This document shows, piece by piece, positions 6,984 through 11,943 of a stretch of DNA of 11,943 bases. Positions within the stretch are counted from its first letter, which is position 1, and each line of letters starts with the position of its first letter. Made by a program: the position numbers and the translations under genes. The notes under the pieces are model-generated. The model was not told where the DNA came from. It ran no database searches and worked only from the letters and a program-made list of their open reading frames with translations. Source of the stretch: an uncultured bacterium (GTDB taxonomy: Bacteria > Bacillota_I > Bacilli_A > RF39 > UBA660); assembly GCA_947169285.1 (NCBI GenBank), contig CAMVPB010000016.1:1-11943 (forward strand), written 5' to 3'.

Positions 6984-9031
6984 AATATCCAGATGTAAGT
7001 TTATTATCTATGGATCAGATATATGATGATGATTTAAGATTTATTAAAAGATATGGGTCAAGGTGTTCTGCCACTGATTTTGCAATACTTTTAGGGATTG
7101 CTATATCATCTAATAAATTTTTTGATGATGTAGAATCACTAGAAAATAGGACGGTTGATTGGTGGATTGAATCTGATAAACCAGCATATGTGGATTCGGA
7201 TAGTGCAGACGTATTATATGGTGGGGATGGCTGGGATAATGTAACTGGAGGACGTCCGGTTGTACAGTTTTCTCAGATTTCAGATAAGTTAATATCTAAA
7301 AAATATTCTGATGGAGTTTTAGAAGTTGAATATGGTATGTATCCTCAAAGTGCAGTAAATTTTCATTTGAATAAAAAATTAGAAGAATTATATAATGCGA
7401 ATGCACTTAGCAAAGTGTTTTCAACTGAATCACTTGTAAAAACAGGTGATACTTATATTGTCGACGCTCAAGCTGGATATGATAATGAAAAGAATTTTGC
7501 TCCTGAATATCTTGAGGAGTATCAATATTTAAACTTTAAATATGTTCGTATTATTCCACATGCAGAACCAGATGGAGATATTTTGTCTAATGGGGTAACT
7601 CTTAGAGAAGGTAAACCGATTTGGGTAAAAGTTGAACCAATAACATGGTTAGTAGATGAAAATGCAGATATAGCAGTAGCTAAGAAAGTATTATTCTCTG
7701 GTGTAAGATTTTTAGATTTTCCATATAAGTATGAAAGCTTTGATAAAACACGTATAAATAAGTTTTTAAATGAATGCTTTATACGCGACATAAATCAAAG
7801 CCAAAAAAATTCTAGAGAAATTTTAATAGGTAATAGTAATAGGAATAAGTTAAGAAAAACAAACCCATATAAATTCAGTTTTGATGAAGTTACTGAAGAA
7901 AATATAATAAGAGGTATGGTAGAAAGTAATATTGCTGTGTTTTTGCATGGTAGATCAAGTGATGGTAAATCAGCTAGAGTAAAACAAATGGATCCAAATT
8001 GTGAAATTATATATTTAAGGAATGCAACACCAGAAAGTTTAAATGGTAAAAGTGTTTATAATCAAACAACTGGAGAAATGATAGATATTAAACCAACATG
8101 GTTAACTAAATTAGAAGATAAATGTGAGAAAGAACCCGATAAAATACATATATTATTCTTTGATGAACTTACTAATGCATTACCTTCAATTCAAGGCATG
8201 GCATTCAACATAGTATTAGATGGTGAAGTAAATGGTAAATGGAAGTTGCCAAAAAACGCAAGAATAGTAGCAGCTGGTAATGATTTAAATGATTCACTTG
8301 CAGCAAACCAAATGGCAGAACCATTATTCAATAGATTTGCTCATGTTTATATTAATACAACACCATCTAGCTGGTTATTATGGGCATCTACACCAACTAA
8401 TAATTATGAAATGATAGATTATAAAGAAGAAGAGTTACCATTAAAAATACATCCATCTATATATGCTTATATATCTTGTAAATCATTTGGTGGAAGGGAT
8501 GTTTTAAGAACAACATATGATGGAAAGAAGCCAAATGCAGATCCAAGAAAATGGGAGATGGCTTCAAAGGTATTATATAAAACTGGAAAACCAGAAATGT
8601 TAAGAGCATTAATAGGTGAACCATTAACAAAAGAATTTGTTGAATTTACTAAACAACAAGTCTTAACTTTAGATGATGTGTTAAAAGGAAATTATGATGA
8701 TGAAGAATTAGAAGAAATGGATACTTCTCAAAAATTTTTAATGATTGCAGTATTATCTGCAGTCGATGAAGAACATTTTGAAATAGCAAGAAATTTTATG
8801 AGTAAACTTGGAGAAGAACCAAGAGCTGTTTTTGACTCATTATGGACACATGGAGATGAAAAAAGATTAGAAAAACTTGCTGAAGTTAAAATGACAGAAG
8901 AACCAAAAATAATGTCAAAAGAATTACCGAAAAAAGAAAAAGAAAAAAGTACTCGTGACTGCTATGTAATTTATGGTAATCATGATTCTATTTATAATGA
9001 TACTTTTCATGTAAAGAAATTAAAAATATAA
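6980..9031 (+). CDS. Paralogue 2: divergent ~294-aa N-terminal domain fused to a MoxR/AAA_5-like AAA+ ATPase
   Basis: It overlaps paralogue 1 by 4 nt (ATGA, 6980-6983). ATPase motifs are Walker A GRSSDGKS (7949-7972), Walker B ILFFDE, RIVAAGND and LFNRF. From NPYKF onward it aligns with paralogue 1. It carries an insertion of about 15 aa (TPTNNYEMIDYKEEELPLK) and a longer K/E-rich C-terminal tail. Confidence 0.9.
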   Translation: MKYPDVSLLSMDQIYDDDLRFIKRYGSRCSATDFAILLGIAISSNKFFDDVESLENRTVDWWIESDKPAYVDSDSADVLYGGDGWDNVTGGRPVVQFSQISDKLISKKYSDGVLEVEYGMYPQSAVNFHLNKKLEELYNANALSKVFSTESLVKTGDTYIVDAQAGYDNEKNFAPEYLEEYQYLNFKYVRIIPHAEPDGDILSNGVTLREGKPIWVKVEPITWLVDENADIAVAKKVLFSGVRFLDFPYKYESFDKTRINKFLNECFIRDINQSQKNSREILIGNSNRNKLRKTNPYKFSFDEVTEENIIRGMVESNIAVFLHGRSSDGKSARVKQMDPNCEIIYLRNATPESLNGKSVYNQTTGEMIDIKPTWLTKLEDKCEKEPDKIHILFFDELTNALPSIQGMAFNIVLDGEVNGKWKLPKNARIVAAGNDLNDSLAANQMAEPLFNRFAHVYINTTPSSWLLWASTPTNNYEMIDYKEEELPLKIHPSIYAYISCKSFGGRDVLRTTYDGKKPNADPRKWEMASKVLYKTGKPEMLRALIGEPLTKEFVEFTKQQVLTLDDVLKGNYDDEELEEMDTSQKFLMIAVLSAVDEEHFEIARNFMSKLGEEPRAVFDSLWTHGDEKRLEKLAEVKMTEEPKIMSKELPKKEKEKSTRDCYVIYGNHDSIYNDTFHVKKLKI

Positions 9032-9047
9032 AAAGGGGAATTTAAAT

Positions 9048-9437
9048 ATGAAAGATAAAAAGGAATTATTATTCTCATATATTAAAACTAATGTTGCTCC
9101 AATATTAGTAGATTTTATATCTTCTGAAGATTTAAGAAATGTAACAATATTACCTGCTAATATCGATTCTAAAGAATTGAATGGACATTATGAAGATATA
9201 AATTTTATGCCACCATATTGGTTTAATGAATTATTAAATAAGAACAATAAAATATTAGTTATTGATAGAATCGATTCAATTGATAAAGAAGAACAATTAA
9301 AATTTGTTGAATTATTAAAATATAGAAAAATATCTACTTTTGAATTACCAAGTGATTGTGTAATTATTATTACTGCTAGTGAAATAAATAATAATACTAT
9401 AAATGAAGAGATATTTTCATTAGTGGCTAGTATATAG
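9048..9437 (+). CDS. 129-aa degenerate (P-loop-less) copy of the paralogue ATPase core
   Basis: The SD GGGG (9035-9038) precedes the start. It aligns by eye to paralogue 1 as follows. ILVDFISSEDLR corresponds to VFLHGPSSEGKS, so the Walker A Gly and Lys are lost. DSKELNG corresponds to SPESLNG. PPYWFNELLNK corresponds to KPTWLIRLEEK. KILVIDRIDS corresponds to HILFFDEITN, so Walker B DE becomes DR. CVIIITASE corresponds to ARIVAAGNE. EEIFSLVA corresponds to EPLFNRFA, so the Arg is lost. Confidence 0.8.
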   Translation: MKDKKELLFSYIKTNVAPILVDFISSEDLRNVTILPANIDSKELNGHYEDINFMPPYWFNELLNKNNKILVIDRIDSIDKEEQLKFVELLKYRKISTFELPSDCVIIITASEINNNTINEEIFSLVASI

Positions 9438-9444
9438 GTGAGTT

Positions 9445-10917
9445 ATGAAATACGATATAGAAGCTTTAAAAAGAAAAATGTTAGTTAAATATCCATTCTT
9501 TGGAAGTGTTGTAGCAAATGTGGAATATAAAGAAAAAAATGATATAGAAACAGCCGCAACAGATGGAGAAGTTATTTATTACAACACAGATTTTTTACAA
9601 TCATTAAGTGTTGATGAACAGACTTTTGTTTTTGCGCATGAAGTGTGTCATATTGCTTTTAATCATATTTTAAGAAGTGAAGGAAAAAATCATAAATTAT
9701 GGAATATCGCAACTGATGGTGTTATAAATCAATTTTTAAAAAAGGATGGATTATCAATTCCACAAGGTGGAGTTGATATACCAGAAGCAATTAATTATGA
9801 TGCTGAGAAACTATATGAAAAATTATTAAAAGAACATCAACAAAATCAACAAAATAATCAATCTAGTAATCAAAATAGTAGTAATAATAACCAAGGCAGT
9901 TCTTCTAGTCAAAGTACAAGTGAGAACAATTCGCAAAGTCAACAATCTTCTAGTAGTTCAAATGAATCCAATAATAATTCAAACGATTCTAAAGAAAATT
10001 CACAAAGCAAAGATAGAGAAGGATCTAGTCAATCAAAAGAAGAAAACAAAGAGAAAAATGCTGGGCATGATAGTCATAGCATGTGGGATGATGCTGTAAA
10101 GAGAAGCAAAGAAAAACAAAAAAAATCTAAAGAAAGCAAAGATTCGAAGAAAAACAATGATAATTCTAAAGAATCAAAAGCAAAATCAGAAATTGAGAAG
10201 AAACAAGAGGAACTTGAAAAAATGGGTGAAAAAGATGCTTTTGATAAAAACCGTGAGGAAAAGAAAAAAGAATTAGAAAGACTAAAAGAAGAGTTATCTA
10301 GAAAAGCATCTCAAGCAGGAACTACAAGTAATGGTAATGTTAGAGAAGTTGGTAATATTGGTAATGCTAAACCATTAATTGATTGGAGATATGTTTTAAA
10401 AGAAACAATAAAATATGATGTTGATTGGTCTTATAGGAATGCAATGGTAGAAGATGGTGTTGTAATGGCTAATCTTGAAGAAATACCTATGCCTGAAACT
10501 GAAATAGTTTTAGATACTAGTGAATCTGTTAGTGTAACATTATTAAAAAACTTCTTAAAAGAATGTAAAAATATATTAAAGCATTCAAAATTAAAAGTTG
10601 GATGTTTTGATACAGAGTTCTATGGATTTACAGAAATAAGAACAGAAGAAGATATAGATAACATGAGATTTGAGGGAAATGGTGGTACTAATTTTAATAC
10701 TGCTGTTAACGCTTTTTCAAATCGTGTTGAAAATAAAATAATATTTACAGATGGTTACGCACCAATGCCAAAAAAAGCTATAGATGCAGTATGGCTTGTG
10801 TATGGTGATCGCAAAATACAACCACCTGGTGGTAAAGTGATTTATATCACTAGTGAGCAATTAAATAAACTTTATTCATTTAAAGATGATATTAAAAAAT
10901 TAACAAGGAAATTATAA
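9445..10917 (+). CDS. HExxH metallopeptidase-like N-domain, ~160-aa low-complexity linker, and C-terminal VWA domain with MIDAS
   Basis: HEVCH lies at nt 9637-9651 in the context FVFAHEVCHIAFNHI. An S/N/Q-rich then K/E-rich linker spans about nt 9835-10315. The MIDAS DxSxS motif is DTSES at 10513-10527, followed by GGTNF and IIFTDGY. The architecture matches what I recall as the Pfam DUF2201_N plus VWA-like DUF2201 family, which is typically encoded beside AAA_5 ATPases. This needs HMM confirmation. Confidence 0.9.
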   Translation: MKYDIEALKRKMLVKYPFFGSVVANVEYKEKNDIETAATDGEVIYYNTDFLQSLSVDEQTFVFAHEVCHIAFNHILRSEGKNHKLWNIATDGVINQFLKKDGLSIPQGGVDIPEAINYDAEKLYEKLLKEHQQNQQNNQSSNQNSSNNNQGSSSSQSTSENNSQSQQSSSSSNESNNNSNDSKENSQSKDREGSSQSKEENKEKNAGHDSHSMWDDAVKRSKEKQKKSKESKDSKKNNDNSKESKAKSEIEKKQEELEKMGEKDAFDKNREEKKKELERLKEELSRKASQAGTTSNGNVREVGNIGNAKPLIDWRYVLKETIKYDVDWSYRNAMVEDGVVMANLEEIPMPETEIVLDTSESVSVTLLKNFLKECKNILKHSKLKVGCFDTEFYGFTEIRTEEDIDNMRFEGNGGTNFNTAVNAFSNRVENKIIFTDGYAPMPKKAIDAVWLVYGDRKIQPPGGKVIYITSEQLNKLYSFKDDIKKLTRKL

Positions 10918-10929
10918 GGGGAGGAAAAT

Positions 10930-11943
10930 ATGAGTATTACAATTAGAGAAGTTACATTACCAACAAAAGAACAAGTTTTTAAATCCGGTTTAGATATTTT
11001 TATGACTGGAAAAGACAGAATATGTTTATTGTCTGATTTTGCAATACTAATGGGTTCATGTACTTCTGAAAATCCAAATTTCTTTCCTATTAACAGTAAA
11101 ATAAATTGGTGGTATTGTTTATCAGAAAATGGAAATCGTTTTGGAAAGGTTCGTACAAGTGGTTCATACAGTACTACTTCATGTGATAAATCAAATGGTG
11201 GGATTAGACCTGTTTTAAAACTAAATTCACCTGTAATGCCTAATGAAGGTTATATTAATTCAGAGGGGTTAGTAGAAGTAGAATTTGGTGAATATCCACA
11301 ATTTGCTGTTGATCCATTCTTTGGTAATACTCTTTCAGAACAACTTATGCATGGTCATTTAAAAGAGACTGGTAAAACATATACTCAAAATGCTATTTTT
11401 TCTGTAAAGGGATTAAATGCATTTGATCCAAAAGTGATAAAAGAATATGAATATAAAGGTCATAAATACGTGGTAGCAATGTCAAATACGTTTAATGATG
11501 AGCAAAAACTATCAAATGGTATGACTGCTAAATGTGGCAGCTTACATTGGATAGAAGTTGCTCCGATAAAATGGATATATGACAGGAAGTCAATGGCATT
11601 GATAAGTAAAATTGCTCTTGCTTCTGGAATTAGGCCTACTGATTCTAATGGAAAGTATCATGGATATTTTAAAACTACCGAGATGTATAGTTTCTTAAAT
11701 GACTATTTTCTTAAAGAGATTGTCCATAATAAGAACAACTTAATAGAAAAGCAAGAAAGTATATCGCAGAATTCTTTTAATAGAAGAAGAAATCCATATG
11801 GATTTAACATAAACAATGTAAGTGAAGAAGATATAATAAGAGGATGTATAGAAAGTAATCTATCTGTATTTTTACATGGACCATCTTCTGAAGGTAAGAG
11901 TGCAAGAGTAAAACAAATAGATCCAGAATGTGAAATTATATAT
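10930..11943 (+). CDS. Paralogue 3 (5' partial, runs off the window): divergent ~287-aa N-terminal domain fused to the same ATPase module
   Basis: It is absent from the ORF track because it has no stop codon. I translated it by hand as 338 open codons from ATG 10930, with SD GGGGAGG (10918-10924) 5 nt upstream. The sequence runs MSITIREV...SDFAILMG...NWWYCLSE...GGIRPVL...VEFGEYPQFAV...KEYEYKG...PIKWIYD...NPYGFNINNVSEEDIIRGCIESNLSVFLHGPSSEGKSARVKQIDPECEIIY. Confidence 0.85.
   Translation, partial: MSITIREVTLPTKEQVFKSGLDIFMTGKDRICLLSDFAILMGSCTSENPNFFPINSKINWWYCLSENGNRFGKVRTSGSYSTTSCDKSNGGIRPVLKLNSPVMPNEGYINSEGLVEVEFGEYPQFAVDPFFGNTLSEQLMHGHLKETGKTYTQNAIFSVKGLNAFDPKVIKEYEYKGHKYVVAMSNTFNDEQKLSNGMTAKCGSLHWIEVAPIKWIYDRKSMALISKIALASGIRPTDSNGKYHGYFKTTEMYSFLNDYFLKEIVHNKNNLIEKQESISQNSFNRRRNPYGFNINNVSEEDIIRGCIESNLSVFLHGPSSEGKSARVKQIDPECEIIY
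11791..11943 (+). repeat. Direct repeat copy 2 (junction and Walker A region of paralogue 3)
   Basis: It lies at an offset of exactly 5830 nt from copy 1; see copy 1 for details. Its extent beyond 11943 is unknown. Confidence 0.95.

Noticed and set aside
9835-10315. Repetitive nucleotide motifs in the VWA-gene linker, considered as a tandem repeat array or CRISPR-like array.
   Set aside because: The repeats are short, imperfect and in frame within a continuous ORF encoding low-complexity protein. There is no repeat-spacer periodicity.

Overview
The window is very AT-rich and uses the standard genetic code, with TGA as a stop and TGG for Trp. Codon usage resembles a low-GC Firmicute or Fusobacterium, and every supported gene is on the + strand. 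From 5' to 3' it contains the following. (1) A 664-aa protein with an unrecognised N-terminal half and about 9-10 C-terminal leucine-rich-type repeats of 21-22 aa. (2) A promoter, a short structured leader and a 90-aa orphan ORF. (3) A 617-aa large serine recombinase. It is preceded by a 35-codon sORF that fully encloses a strong intrinsic terminator. (4) A 348-bp control region. It holds a 12-bp inverted-repeat pair and a 50-bp imperfect palindrome that overlaps a near-consensus promoter. (5) A tightly packed operon running from 5097 past the window end, which is the most interesting content. The operon encodes three paralogous proteins, each a divergent ~290-aa N-terminal domain fused to a MoxR/AAA_5-like ATPase; the third is cut by the window end. 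It also encodes a 129-aa catalytically dead copy of the same ATPase core, and a protein with an HExxH metallopeptidase domain, a low-complexity linker and a VWA domain with an intact MIDAS motif. I interpret the operon as a candidate, apparently undescribed MoxR-VWA type NTPase system, possibly for conflict or defence, carried next to a mobile-element recombinase. Three further features stand out: a sharp switch to 100% nucleotide identity between paralogues 1 and 3, a G7 tract that could fuse paralogues 1 and 2, and N-domains that look circularly permuted. No tRNA, rRNA, CRISPR array or transposase-type terminal repeats were seen. All domain calls rest on motifs read by eye and need HMM or structure confirmation.
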